From assembly GCF_006345805.1 (NCBI RefSeq), contig NW_021833047.1, positions 1 to 64,000 on the forward strand: a DNA stretch of 64,000 nt. The letters are read 5' to 3'. Shown here one piece after another: positions 1 to 12,010 of the stretch. Numbering within the stretch: position 1 is the stretch's first letter; each line of letters starts with the position of its first letter. This DNA comes from Octopus sinensis. Taxonomy: Eukaryota. Under the pieces are notes generated by a model, which was not told where the DNA came from, made no database searches, and saw only the letters and a program-made list of their open reading frames with translations. The position numbers were made by a program, and so were the translations under genes.

Positions 1-910
1 GAGGAATGAAATCATGACTTGACAAAGAGTGGTCCAGGCGTCCTGGTGGACTATTAAAGAAACCCGCTTTATTAGTTTGAGACCAGTTTCGGGCTTATAG
101 AACTGAGCTTGTTAAGAAGAAACTTGGAGAACTGAAGACTCAGTTAGCTATAATCCCAGCCTAACCTGCTATAATTCCGGGACGCCTAACCAGCGGTAAT
201 TCCGGGAGGCCTAACCAGTCTTTAAATGTTTCACTCAATAAACCATCTAAAGGATTCCTTCGGGTGGGGTGGAGCAAGTGGACGCAGTCTTCAGATTTTG
301 AAGTAACACGAACAGGAAGAAGGAAGAGGCATACTATATTGCACAGGTGTGTGATTGGGTAAAAAGTTCATGGAATGCTGTAAAAGAAGAGGATGCTGTG
401 AAACCATTTAAAAAAAACTGGTATTAGTAATGCCCTTGATGGTATTATTTGAAGAATATATCGCTGATACAGACCCTTTTGCAGAGAATTCTAGTGATGA
501 AGAGAGTACCGGTAATATTGATGGCAGCAGTAAGAACGAGAAACTTTAACTATCAATAAGAATTTATCCCTTTTATTGCACTTCGCTGATTGGTTTCTCC
601 CAGTTTTTATCTGTATATTTGCTTTTTGTTTGCATAGACCAGGTTTCATTAATACCAACATTTCTCTTTCGCTATGGCAAATTAATTTTGTTTCCTTTAA
701 AGGTGAGTGTAAAGCTACATATGACTTCATATTTTATTCCTCTGTACTGTCACATTATTGTATTTCATGCGCAGAATCATACAATTGTCACCACAAAACA
801 ACTTTCAATAAATCCATGATGAAACATACTAAAATTGTTTTTTCCGCAAAATATCCTTGTAAAATAAGGATGAGTCTTATGTGAGGGTGCATCCAATGCG
901 CTGGCAAATA
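1..910 (+). mobile_element. pogo/Tigger-like DNA transposon relic (C-terminal DDE_1 region and right TIR)
   Basis: Manual translation gives LDKEWSRRP..LLKK, KKLGELKTQLAIIP-GGLT, WSKW, VCDWVKSSWNAVKEEDAVKPFKK-TGISNALDG, typical of pogo-like DDE_1 transposases, with stops and frameshifts. It ends in gggtgcatccaatgcgctggcaaata, resembling a pogo TIR. The IIPGGLT-coding segment is imperfectly triplicated at ~149-220. Confidence 0.8.
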
Positions 911-1107
911 TTACACACACACACACACACACATGGTATTAGTAATTAAATTTCATAGACGGACTTTATAAATATTTTAATGCAGCGCTACGCGAGTTTC
1001 CACAAATCACGTATTTCTTGTGATCACAGTCCGTATTCCGGAGATGATTACGGTACAATCCGTGGATCATAGTTTCTGCGTTCTTACATCATTTTTTTCC
1101 ATTTCAG

Positions 1108-1194
1108 AACTTTTGAATAATTTCAGTCAGTCACATACATTGAAGGACATCAGCTCCGTAGGATGTGCTTTCGGCTCCTATTATTTCGTTAATA
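1108..1194 (+). pseudogene. Paralogous penultimate exon of the PAN-domain gene (87 nt; 9-nt in-frame deletion)
   Basis: atttcag|AA...ATA|gtaaga; encodes LLNNFSQSHTLKDISSVGCAFGSYYFVN; homologous to 12628-12723. Confidence 0.75.
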
Positions 1195-1890
1195 GTAAGA
1201 CCATTTTTATTTAGTTGTTTATTTTTAGTGTTCTTTGATTCTGTGTCTTGTTCCTGATCTTTAATTCATCGATCTTCTGTCTCCAGTGCACGCCGAACAA
1301 AACTGAAAATTTTAAATATCTCTTTCTTCCGCAACGCAAAAAATAAAGAAATTTATAAATATCGTTTTTTTTTCTTCATTTCATGATTATTTCTACTTAG
1401 CGTCTTAATTTTTAGTTAAATAGATAATAAATAAATTAATAATTAATAGTCATGCAGAAAGATGTAGTAAAACTAACACACAAGTACATTTAAAATCTGG
1501 CAGATGGGTTAATATTAATCCTCACTGTCATTAAACATCTCAACACGCTTCGTTACTAACTTGCTCAGAAATACCTTAATGCATCTCGCTGGTAATACGA
1601 GAACAACTTTACCTCCGAGATAACCAGCCACATGCCCCTTCTCATTCTCCCGTCATACATGCTATTTCACCAGCCAGATCCCTCATCAATTATTATTCCC
1701 AATCCCCCCTTTCTAGATTATGCAACTCACTCCCCACTCACACTAACCTAAAGATTAATAACATCGATCTATCGAATCAATAGACCATATCTATTCGTTT
1801 CTCTTGTACCTTGTCAATAAAGAGAAATAATTTAATTTGTGTTGTTATATTTCTTGTGTTTCCTCTTTCTATTTATTTTTTCTATTGTAG

Positions 1891-2079
1891 AAAAAGAAAT
1901 TAATGATTTGACAGCTTATTCAACTTTTCCTTCAAACCAAATCCATATCTCAACCTTGTAATCGATGCCCAATGGATGCTCACTCGGTTCTGGATTGTTC
2001 ACGTTTATGTATGATATCTTCTAAATGTATCGCCTTTTCATATACTAACACTAAGTGCGTGCTAAAGAAACTGATCTGA
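1891..2079 (+). pseudogene. Frameshifted paralogous terminal PAN exon
   Basis: attgtag| acceptor; aligns to 11820-12010 but is 189 nt versus 191 nt, with two 1-nt deletions (ACT TTT -CC and CAA -TG). Confidence 0.8.
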
Positions 2080-2443
2080 ACTTTAATGGAATTATGACTT
2101 CTCAATGAAATGTGAGCACGACTTCAACGGATCACGTTTGCTGATAATAATTCTATCAGATAAAATGTGTATTTCTTTGTGAATAAAATCAATTTAATTA
2201 AGATAATTCCTTTGTTAATTTATTTTTATTTCTCATGTTTTTCTTTCAAATTAGTCTTCTCTTATAAACCCATTCACACATTTGAAGGTTTATAAGATTA
2301 TCGAATTTACTCTTGTACAAATGAAGCAATGGGTATTATTTTATCGACCTTCAAAGAATGGACAGAATTCGATCGCAAAACGTGACGGTTCTAAACTAAA
2401 TACCACAAACAGTTAAAACGAATCTTTAACCCATTATCTAAAT

Positions 2444-2483
2444 ACTAGCATTATGACCCGTTGTTGCGGGTCATAGTGCTAGT
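2444..2483. repeat. 17-bp-stem hairpin at the border of the copy-1 insertion (Helitron-like terminus candidate)
   Basis: ACTAGCATTATGACCCG-ttgttg-CGGGTCATAGTGCTAGT; homology to copy 2 stops immediately before it. Confidence 0.6.
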
Positions 2484-2599
2484 GCATGTATATATGTGTA
2501 TATATACGTGTACATATTACATGTATATCTATATATATACATCAACGCATAAAATACAAAATACAAAGTTATATCTTGATATCGCTAGTGATAACAATA

Positions 2600-3140
2600 C
2601 TCAAAATATATAACAGACTGGAATTGTTAGCCCGTCTCTTGTAAATTCGATCAATTGTATCTTGTCCTCCCTCTTGTATAGAAGTGTGGCTACAATCCCG
2701 CCTACTTCTACTTTTGGGGGGATATTTTAAATTTTATCCGGGACGTCCTACGTCCCAGATATAAAGGTAAAAATAAAATATTTCCACTTTGCAAGGTTCG
2801 AGTCGAGTACTCCCTTGCACGCTCCGTTGACTCGAATCTTGCTTCTATTGTGGTGAATTTACCGCCTCTAGTTAGATATATTTCATAGACGCACCAAGAC
2901 ACTTTTCGATGGTGCTTTCCTCCAGGTGTTCAAATCTTTTTTTTCTTCTCTACATTGTATACTTTATAGACAATAGTCTTTTCTTTAATTTAATTTTTTA
3001 TTTCGTTTGGTGGTGTTATCCTAGATTCACCGTCTTTGTCGGTGATCAATCCGTATTTCTTCCATTTTAATTTCAATGAGTTCGCGCCCACCGACGGCTG
3101 CAGCGAAATTCATTTTTGGACTTTCTTCTATCGAAGGCAT
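2600..3140 (-). mobile_element. Degenerate non-LTR retrotransposon ORF1-like fragment (L1/Tx1-type, tentative)
   Basis: Broken frame MPSIEESPKMNFAAAVGG...KTIVYKVYNVEKKKRFEHLEESTIEKCL / YLTRGGKFTTIEARFES...LFLPLYLGRRTSRIKF; family assignment from recollection of cephalopod LINE ORF1 sequences. Confidence 0.45.
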
Positions 3141-3782
3141 TCTAACAAAAATGCTTCCGTGTAAACGGTGAAAATATTGTCAATTTCCCCAAACAGGGAC
3201 ACAATTCAATTTTTAAACAATAACCAAAGCTCCTTCTCCCAAAGGGGGAGGGTTACAGTTTACAATTATTTAACAAATGCAACACAACAATGTTTCCTTT
3301 ACGAGGAACCAACAAACGTAATAACAATAATTAAACAGTAATAATAATAACAACAAACGTTACGATGAATCAGAAAGCAGTAAGCAGTTGAAGCTTTAGT
3401 CCTTTATGTATAAGAAATAAACCAACAGCAGTACTCTGTAAAAGCGGCTGTTCGAGAAAACAGATATTACATACATCCAAACTTCATATAGATACTTAAT
3501 GCTAGCTAATTAGCAGATAATCTAATGTAATCTAATGTAAAAGCACAGCTCCATCTGGACTATTCCATTTCTGCACGCTAATTTTATTTTTAATTTATTC
3601 CTATTCATGTGAAACCAGTCATTGATGCAATTTTATACCAATTGCTATTTTTACTTTTGTATACTTTAGTTTGATTTTTAATTATTACTTACTACATATA
3701 ATTTAATTGTTATTATTATTTTTATTGATAAAGTGAAAGTATCTGACATAAAATAGAGAAATGTTTTTGTTTCACTTTTAAC

Positions 3783-3964
3783 ACGTAAACGGATTAAGTC
3801 GATTACATCGACCCCAGTGCGTGACTAGTACTCAATTTATCGAACCCGAAAGGATGAAAGGCAAAGTCGACCTCGGCGGAATTTGAACTCAGAACGTAAC
3901 GGCAGACGAAATACCGCTATGCATTTCGCTCGGCGTGCTAACGATTCTGCCAGCTCGCCGCCTT
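3783..3964 (-). mobile_element. tRNA-derived octopus-type SINE
   Basis: Reverse complement aggcggcgagctggcagaatcgttagcacgccg...gagttcaaattccgccgaggtcgactttgcc with A/B-box-like motifs; same family as 7551-7950. Confidence 0.85.
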
Positions 3965-6900
3965 CAAACTGAAAAATAATGATGAAGGTAATATCGAAAA
4001 ACTCTCTGAAGAATATAGCAAACACTTTCCGAGAATTATGGTACGTCTATTCCAACGTAAGAAAGCACCAAATATCTTAGGTACTCTGATTGTTAATTTG
4101 AGTTTTAATTCTGGTCTCTCAGAAACAGTCAAAGCTGGCATCTCTAAAGAAATTTTATCAAGGATTACAAAGTGAAATTAATATAAAAATCTTTTCTTTT
4201 TTTCCCTTTGGACAAAATTTTGCGTTTCAGCAAATTATTTGCATACACGGATGCTACAGATTAAACGAAAATACGAAATCAATAATACGAAACTCGTAGC
4301 AAAACTCAGCAGCGCAAAGAAAGTTTAAAATAGATTTTACTGTGACAAATTGAATAGCAACACTGACAATGAATATCGTAAGAATGTTGCTTTTGTGTCC
4401 GTTGGTTATGCTTTAGATTAATATTGGTGAAGAGGAGAGGTGGCAGTAGACACGGCGTTTGCAGAAGTTTATGGATTAGTGAGATCGATACGGTTAATCT
4501 TTAGCTTGGAGATTTGTGTGTTGACATCTGTTGGGAAAATGGGATCAGGGATTGAATTTCAGAGGATTAATGTTCTGGGGCAGTGGAAACCCAATCGCTG
4601 TGTTGTAGCCCAGTCAGCCTTAGTTTAAAAAAAGCACGGGCAAAGATTTTATATAAATAATAATTTGAGTTTTATTTGAATAAATAAAATTTACAGTCAA
4701 CTTCTGAATGAGATTGAAATGTCACAGATAAATAAAAAGTTAGCGTCATCTATTATTATAAGTTAAGAAAATAATAATTATTCGAAGGCAAATCTCTTTT
4801 CGATGATGTGTCGAAAAACGAAAGCGGATGTCTTCAAGATTCAGGTTTTCGGTACATCATCTATTTATAATAACTGGGTATAAATTGTATGGTTTATTGT
4901 TTACTATGGAATCCTTCAGATAAGACTTGATCATCCACACCTTGAGAAAGTATTCATTCATAGCCTGCCGTGTGCTTACAGGCAGTGTTACATCTTCTTG
5001 CAGCAGTTCGATCAGTTCAAACGAGGAATCCATAGAGAGATTCAAAATCTCAAGTAAATCGATCAATGAGACCAAAATGTGTCACTTCCACCCGATGAGT
5101 CGCTTTGCACAGTGGAATTCTGATATCAGGGTGACCAATTTCAGTGGAAATGTATCTGCTATGAATCTGAGACAAACCATATTCAGAAACTGGGGAATTT
5201 AGGGAGTAAGATAAAGGTTTATTGTGGGCAATAAAGAAATAAGATAAGAGAGGTTTATCATGATATCACCATTTTATGCCGAAAATTGGTGTCGGAACTC
5301 TAAGCAATTGTGGTTCAATATAAGAATGACGGTCTCATTTGTGAAAATAGTTTTAAGATCCTCTTCTATTTTTCACCCGGTTTCGAAAACTCTCACTGAG
5401 CACCTAGGCCTCCAAATGTGGAGTTTTAAGTTTTCTCGTGTCAGCTGATTAACCTCCGTTACTTCACTGATCTGTCACTTAATTGGTGGCCAGAAAAGGT
5501 TAGTTTCGTTTGACATCAAGAAGTTCAATGCATATGGATATCATTTCCGTTGCTGTAGTCACAGCAGTGAAAATTTGTAATAGTTTTTGCTAAAGACTTG
5601 ATTTGTATTAAAACATGTTTAGCGAAGACGAGAGCGCAAACTTTCATAGACAAAAGTAATAGAAACATTTCTCTTTAATTTGCCTCTCTCATAACTTGAT
5701 AACCTCACCGAAATGTGAGAGGATGTCCATAATAAATGACTGCTCATAATGAACAGCATAGCACGGTACCCGCTGACTGACCCATCGTGTATAGGAGGAG
5801 ATTTTCAGCTCTGCTGATTGTTCTCGTTTTTCTTCCTGTAAGTACTTGTTTTTACTGATGCACTCTGAATCGAGCTATAAACAGGTTAAGTTGCTGCTGT
5901 ATGACGAAAAATTCCCCGATAGCCTTTACATTTTTGTTAAGAAGTTATCTACATCTAGGTTCTGTTGGTGGAAGCTGACACAAGTTGCAAATGGGGCTGC
6001 GACATGCAGTTTCGCTTGAATACCAGCTACTTCGCTCGTTTTTTCTTGTTTCGAGTCGCAGTTTTCCCACGTATGGACGGAACATTAAATGTACAGAATT
6101 CGCAACTTTCCACGGAATAATCCTCACAATAAACAAAATGTAGCAACAGTTTTAGACTGAATAACATTAAACGTTTTTGAGAAGGGAAAATAAAAATAAT
6201 AATTTGTTTAATTAAGAAAGATAATGAGATAATACTGCTGGTGTATTTTTAGTATTGATACAACAACGTTAGAGATATTAATATTTGAACGTACTGAGAT
6301 GGTAAACTTCTTGGTCATTATTTTTAATAACAAAGATATTCACACACAGTAGATCCAATATATAATGGATATACGACAATTCATAAAAAGAAATCTTGTT
6401 GCAATAACTGAAGATGTTGAATATTCTCCAGAACCAAAGGGCCACAACGTGTCAGCTCCTGAAGTATTTGAACGTTATGATACAATTATAGACTCACTGG
6501 GGTATGCATGTATTTTGGAAATACCTAACGGAGTGACGACCGAGCCCTGCATATTTACGACTGCCAGAAATACGGTGAAGTCATAGACAACGGTGCTTCT
6601 TACATCGATGCTGAACAGAAGAATCATAGAAGATCAATTGTCAGGATCACTTAGCTCTATCAAGATAGAAACTCCAACGCATTCATTGGGGTGGCGTCCA
6701 TGGTTGAGTAATCAAGTAATGAAAGAATCACTATGATTCAAGGTCCCAATTAAAATTTATAAGAATGGAATTTGATAGGGACAGAGTGTCTTGGGAATTC
6801 ACGAAAGCAGCGAGAAAGAAATCACAGGATTTTAATTCAGCAGATGAGACAAGGATGATCGTGCTGTGATAGACACCGCAGTACAGGCCGGACTGTGGTT

Positions 6901-7550
6901 AGGGAGGAGAAAACATTTCATTCGAAAAGGCACCTTTCAGAGCAGCAGTCGATGTTCGACAGATTCAACAGCGTCATTTTGAAAACGTTAACAACCAAGG
7001 CAATAAATCTTAACTAAATCAGAAATAAAAATCGCAAAAAAACATTGTTTGACCCAAGTTGCCGCAGTTCCAATCCAGGTCTTTTTAAATTACATCAATG
7101 AGTACAGCATACACGAAAATAGAGTATATTGCTTTTGTTGTCCACATTTTCTAGGAAAAAGCCCAAAATAGCAATAGCAAGCACTCATTAAAACAAGTTT
7201 TCTCGAGCGGAAGTATGCATTGGGGTAAAATGTACCAAATCTATATCTCAGCCGGTTGTGTATGGAGGGAATATCAAACTTTTGGGAAAGAAACTTGTGA
7301 TGCTATTCACTGTCATTTGTCAAGAAGGGGACAATAATGGGACCACGAAAAGCAAAATACTTATATCATTGTACTCGCAATGATTATTCTTTAAATCATG
7401 GCATCAGTAATCAAAGAATTACTTGCTTAAGACTTGACTAAGTCTTAAACTTTACATTAAGTTTCAATGAAACAAAGGTCATTTCGAAAACTGAACCGCT
7501 CTGAGACGTTCTGCACCGCGTACTTGACAATATTATTTATGAGGAATTAA

Positions 7551-7950
7551 AGGCGGTGAGCTGGCAGAAATGTTAGCACGCTGGGCCAAATGCATAGCGG
7601 TATTTCGTCTGCCGTTACGTTCTGAGTTCAAATTCCGCCGAGGTTGACTTTGCCTTTCATCCTTTTGGGGTCGATTAAATAAGTACCAGTTACGCATTGG
7701 GGTCGATATACTCGACTTAATCCGTTTGTCTGTCCTTGTTTGTCCCCTCTGTGTGTAGCCCCTTGTGGGTAGTAAAGAAATAGGTATTTCGTCTACCGCT
7801 ACGTTCTGAGTTCAAATTCCGCCGAGGTCGACTTAGCCTTTTCAGGGTCGATGAAATAAGTAGCAGTTATGCACTGGGGTCAATGTAACCGACTGGCCAC
7901 CTTCTACAAAGATTTCCAAGGCCCTGTGCCGAGAGTAAGAATAATTATTT
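7551..7950 (+). mobile_element. Two tandem copies (full plus 5'-truncated) of the same SINE
   Basis: aaggcggtgagctggcagaaatgttagcacg...gagttcaaattccgccgagg; the core repeats from ~7783. Confidence 0.85.
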
Positions 7951-8054
7951 AAGCGGAAATAATTGGATGTTGAATAGTTTCTGAATATAACATTGATTCA
8001 CTTTCTGCAGCGTATGTCTTCGGTGCTGAACACAGGGTTTGCAGTATTACTTCA

Positions 8055-9158
8055 TTCACTTAGTTTTCCATGTTCACACTTTCATCGCCTTCCAAGTATT
8101 GTCCATTTGATGTAATGCATCGGTCCAGACGCGTTTTCCAGTCTTCGAAGCGGTCTTGGAACTCTTGCGAAATGATCGTCTCCGTCGCTTTTTTTTTCAC
8201 CTCTTTCACATCTGCAAAATATTTTCCTTTAAGGACTTTTCTCATTCGGGAGAACAAAAAAATATTGCAGGGAGCAAGACCGGGGCAACAGGGAGGGTGG
8301 GTAAACGAGGTCATGCCATTTTTGGTCAAAAACTGTCTCACACTGAAGGCGGTGTCCGAAATTTCTTTGTCGTGATGAAACCACCCCACCCCACTTCTGC
8401 CACGGGTCGGAACGATTTCGTCTCGTCGTGCCTCGCAAACGCTTCAGAAATGCTTCCATTGACTTGATCGCCCTATCGTTTCCGGGTTGTAGCCGTAGCA
8501 CTAACTTTCGTCACTTCAAAAAAAGGGTCCGGATCCATTTCCAACTGTTCTTTCACTTCGCGACACGTATTTAGTCGTGACTGCTTTTAATTTTCCGTGA
8601 GCAAGTGAAACACAAGTTTTGCTGCAACTCTTTTCATTCGCAATTTCTCGCTCAAAATTCATTGGAAAGAGCTCCAAGAAACACCAGTCATATTAACAAG
8701 TTCATCAATTGTTCGGCGACTGTCCTCCAAGACCAGTTTGTGAATTTTCGTGATGTTTTCATTCGTTCTGGAGGTCGACGGTTTCCCTGAATGATATTGG
8801 TCTTCAAGCGGAAAGTGACCATTACTAAAACGTGAAAACCACTAGTTTTGCTCATGGTAGAATCCTTGTAAGCTGTTTGAAGCATCACAACTGTTTCCGC
8901 CGCCGTTTTCCCAGAAAGAAAAAAAAACAGAATTTTGCGGAAGCATGCTGTCCCTTCGTTTCAACCATCGCAATAATCTACGAACAAGGGAGAAGCAATG
9001 CAAAACAAAGACGCACCACGTGACGAGTCCTGACTTCGACGTCAGTCGGGAGACTGACACCTGAGGGATGCATCAAGTGGATTCTAGCGGCGGAAGCTTA
9101 AACTACAACGGGCTTGTTCCGCAGAGAAAGTTTCCGGTTACTTTTGGTTACTCTTTCG
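8055..9158 (-). mobile_element. mariner transposon relic with ~150-nt internal deletion; left TIR at ~9130-9158
   Basis: ORFs 8688..8888 (HTH region) and 8060..8389 (HHDKE..., HPPCCPGLAPCNIFLF, WKTRLDRCITSNGQY); TIR tttccggttacttttggttactctttcg followed by TA. Confidence 0.88.
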
Positions 9159-11819
9159 TATTGGTGTTGACAAATAATTGTGTCCCCTAATATTATGATG
9201 GTTCCTCGGTCATGAGCGGAGGAATCGCTGGTGTTCATGCGAAATTGCATGTCGCAGCCCCATTTGCAACTTGTGTCAGCTTCCACCAACAGAACCTAGA
9301 TGTAGATAACTTCTTAACAAAAATGTAAAGGCTATCGGGGAATTTTTCGTCATACAGCAGCAACTTAACCTGTTTATGGATCGATTCAGAGTGCATCAGT
9401 AAAAACAAGTACTTACAGGAAGAAAAACGAGGATAACCAGCAGAGAAGAAAATCTTCTCCTATACACGATGGGCCAGTCAGCGGGTACCGTGCTATGCTG
9501 TTCATTATGAGCTTTCATTTATTGACATTCTCCCTCATTTCAGTGAGGTTATCAAGTCATGGGAGAGGCAAATTAAAGAGGAATGTTTCTGTAACGTTTG
9601 TCTATGAAAGTTTGCGCTCTCGTCTTCGCTAAACAGGTTTTAATACAAATCAAGTCTTTAGCAAAAATATTACAAATTTTCACTGCTGTGACTACAGCAA
9701 CAGAAATGGTATCCAGTTAAACATCTTCATGTCAAACGAAACGAAAGTTTTGTAGCCTCCGATTAAGTAACAGATAGTGAAGATATTATGCTCAACCAGC
9801 TGACTCGAGAGAAACCTAATCTGCAAGGCAATCTTAACAGCATTTGGAGGCCTCAGCGGCTAGTGTGAGAGTGTTGGAAGCCGGCTGAAAATTCAAACCA
9901 CAATTCCTATATTGAACCAGGTTTGCTTAGAGTTCCGACACCGATGTTCGGCATAAAATGGTGATATCATGATAAACCTCTTATCTTATTTCTTTATTGC
10001 CCACAAGGGGTCATGATAAACCTCTCTTATCTTACTCCCTAAATTCCCCAGTTTCTGAATATGGTTTGTCTCAACTTCATAGCAGATACATTTCAACTGA
10101 ACTTGGATACCCTGATATCAGAATGCCACTATGCAAAGCGACTCATCGGGTGGAAGTGACACATTTTGATCTCATTAACCGATTTACTTGAGATTTTGAA
10201 TCTCTCTATGGATTCCTCGTTTGAACTAATCGAACTGCTGCAAGAAGATGTAACACTGCCTGTAAGCACACGGCAGGCTATGAATGAATACTTTCTCAAG
10301 GTGTGGATGATCAAGTCTTATCTGAAGGATTCCACAGTAAACAATAAACCAGACAATGTATGCCCAGTTATTATGAATAGATGATGTATCGAAAACCTGA
10401 ATCTTGAAGACATCCGCTTTCGTTTTTCGACACAACACCGAAAAGAGAATTGCTTTCGAGTAGTTTGTATTTTCATAACGTATAACAGATACTGCTAACT
10501 TTTTATTTATTTGACATTCCAATCACATTCAGAAGTTGACTGTAAATAAATTTGATTTATTCAATTAAAATTCAAATTTTTTTAATACAAATTCTCTGCC
10601 TGTGCTTAAAGTTTTTTAAAACTAAATCTACCTGGTCCACCACAAAACAATTGGATCACCACTGCTCCAGAACATTAATCCTCTAAAATTCGATCTCTGA
10701 TCACATTTTCTTTATACAAATATTCAAACGAAATATTAACCGTATCGATCTCACCAATCCACAAAGGCTTGAAAACATCACGTCGATCCCACTCCCATCT
10801 CCCCTCTTCACCAAACTATAAACAAAGAATCCAATATTAATCTAAAACTTAACCAATGAAAACAAAAGGAACATTTTTACGACATTTATGGTCAATATTT
10901 CAATTTATGTTTTTCACACCGAAAACTATTTCAACCTTTCGATAACCTGAAAGAAATTGTTGAGCTGCTGAGTTTCTGAGCGAATGTCTATTAAATTTCG
11001 TTTTTCGTATGACTGATTTCTTATTTTCGTTTTAACTGTATTTCACTCTGCTAATAAGCTGCAAGTAAGTTGCTGAAGCAAAATTTCATCCATAGAGAAG
11101 AACATAAATTTTTTATTTTAATTTCACTTTGTAATCCTTGATAAAATTAATTTAGACTTGCCAACTTAAATAGTTTCTGAGAGACCAGAGGTAAAACTCA
11201 AATTAACAATCATATTACCTAAGGTTTTCGGTGCTTACTTACATTGCAATGGCCGTACAATAATTCCCGTAGACTATTTACCATATTCTTCAGAAAAGTT
11301 TTCCATGTTATTTTTCTTTAATTTGTTTTCTTTCTTTTTTTTTAGTTTGAATAACAAATGATTTCACTTTTTAAGAGAAATCAATCAAATGCAATTATTT
11401 TATCTCATATATTATTTAGATGATGGGTAAGAAGTGTTAAAGATTCGATTTAACTGCTTCTAGAATTTAGTTAAGACCCGTTACGTTTTGAAACAAAATG
11501 CTGTCCAGGTTAACTTAGTGTTTCATTCTTTGAAGGTCGATGAAATAACACCCAATTGCTTCATTGGTACTCAAGTAAATTTAATAATCTTATAAACCTT
11601 CAAATGTGCGAATGGATTTATAAGAGAAGACTAATTTAGAACGAAAAACGTTAGGAATAAATATAAATTAACAAAAGAATTAACTGAATTAAATTGAGTT
11701 TATTCACAATGAAACACGCATTTTATCTGATAGAATTATTATTAGCAAACGTGATCCGTTGGAGTCTTGCTCACATTTCATGGAGAAGTAAATAATTTTG
11801 GGGTGAATTCCATTAAAGT

Positions 11820-12010
11820 TCAGACCAGTTTCTTTAGCACGCACTTAGTGTTAGTATATGAAAAGGCGGTACATGTAGAAGATACCATACATAAACGTGA
11901 ACAATCCAGAACCGAGTGAGCATCCACCTGGGCCTCGGTTACAAGGTTGTGATATGGATTTTGTTTGAAGGAAAAAGTTGAATAAGCAGTCGAATCATTA
12001 ATTACTTTTT
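11820..12010 (-). CDS. PAN/Apple-domain secreted protein, terminal exon
   Basis: ttattgcag| acceptor, phase 1; KVINDSTAYSTFSFKQNPYHNLVTEAQVDAHSVLDCSRLCMVSSTCTAFSYTNTKCVLKKLV*; C-x3-C-x5-C-x-AF-x-Y...C-x-L PAN pattern; frame conserved in copy 3. Confidence 0.8.

Larger units (their letters stand above)
934..6035 (+). repeat. Segmental duplicate copy 1 (inverted relative to 9205-12897 and 53350-57835), with a ~1.5 kb insertion at 2444-3963
   Basis: Reverse-complement matches, e.g. 935-1050 to 12780-12897 and 5878-6009 identical to 9246-9377. Confidence 0.92.

Noticed and set aside
149-220. Short direct repeats resembling a CRISPR-like array (also 24981-25048)
   Set aside because: The units are adjacent with no unique spacers and lie inside eukaryotic TEs.
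7000-7420. Minus-strand adhesion-GPCR-like snippets (FAFRGPIIVPFLTN)
   Set aside because: Multiple stops and frame changes, and the similarity is too weak to support.
9395-9505. ATG-initiated peptide ending at a gtaagt donor, as a possible first exon of a next paralog
   Set aside because: Copies 1 and 3 have in-frame stops, and copy 3 lacks the strong donor.
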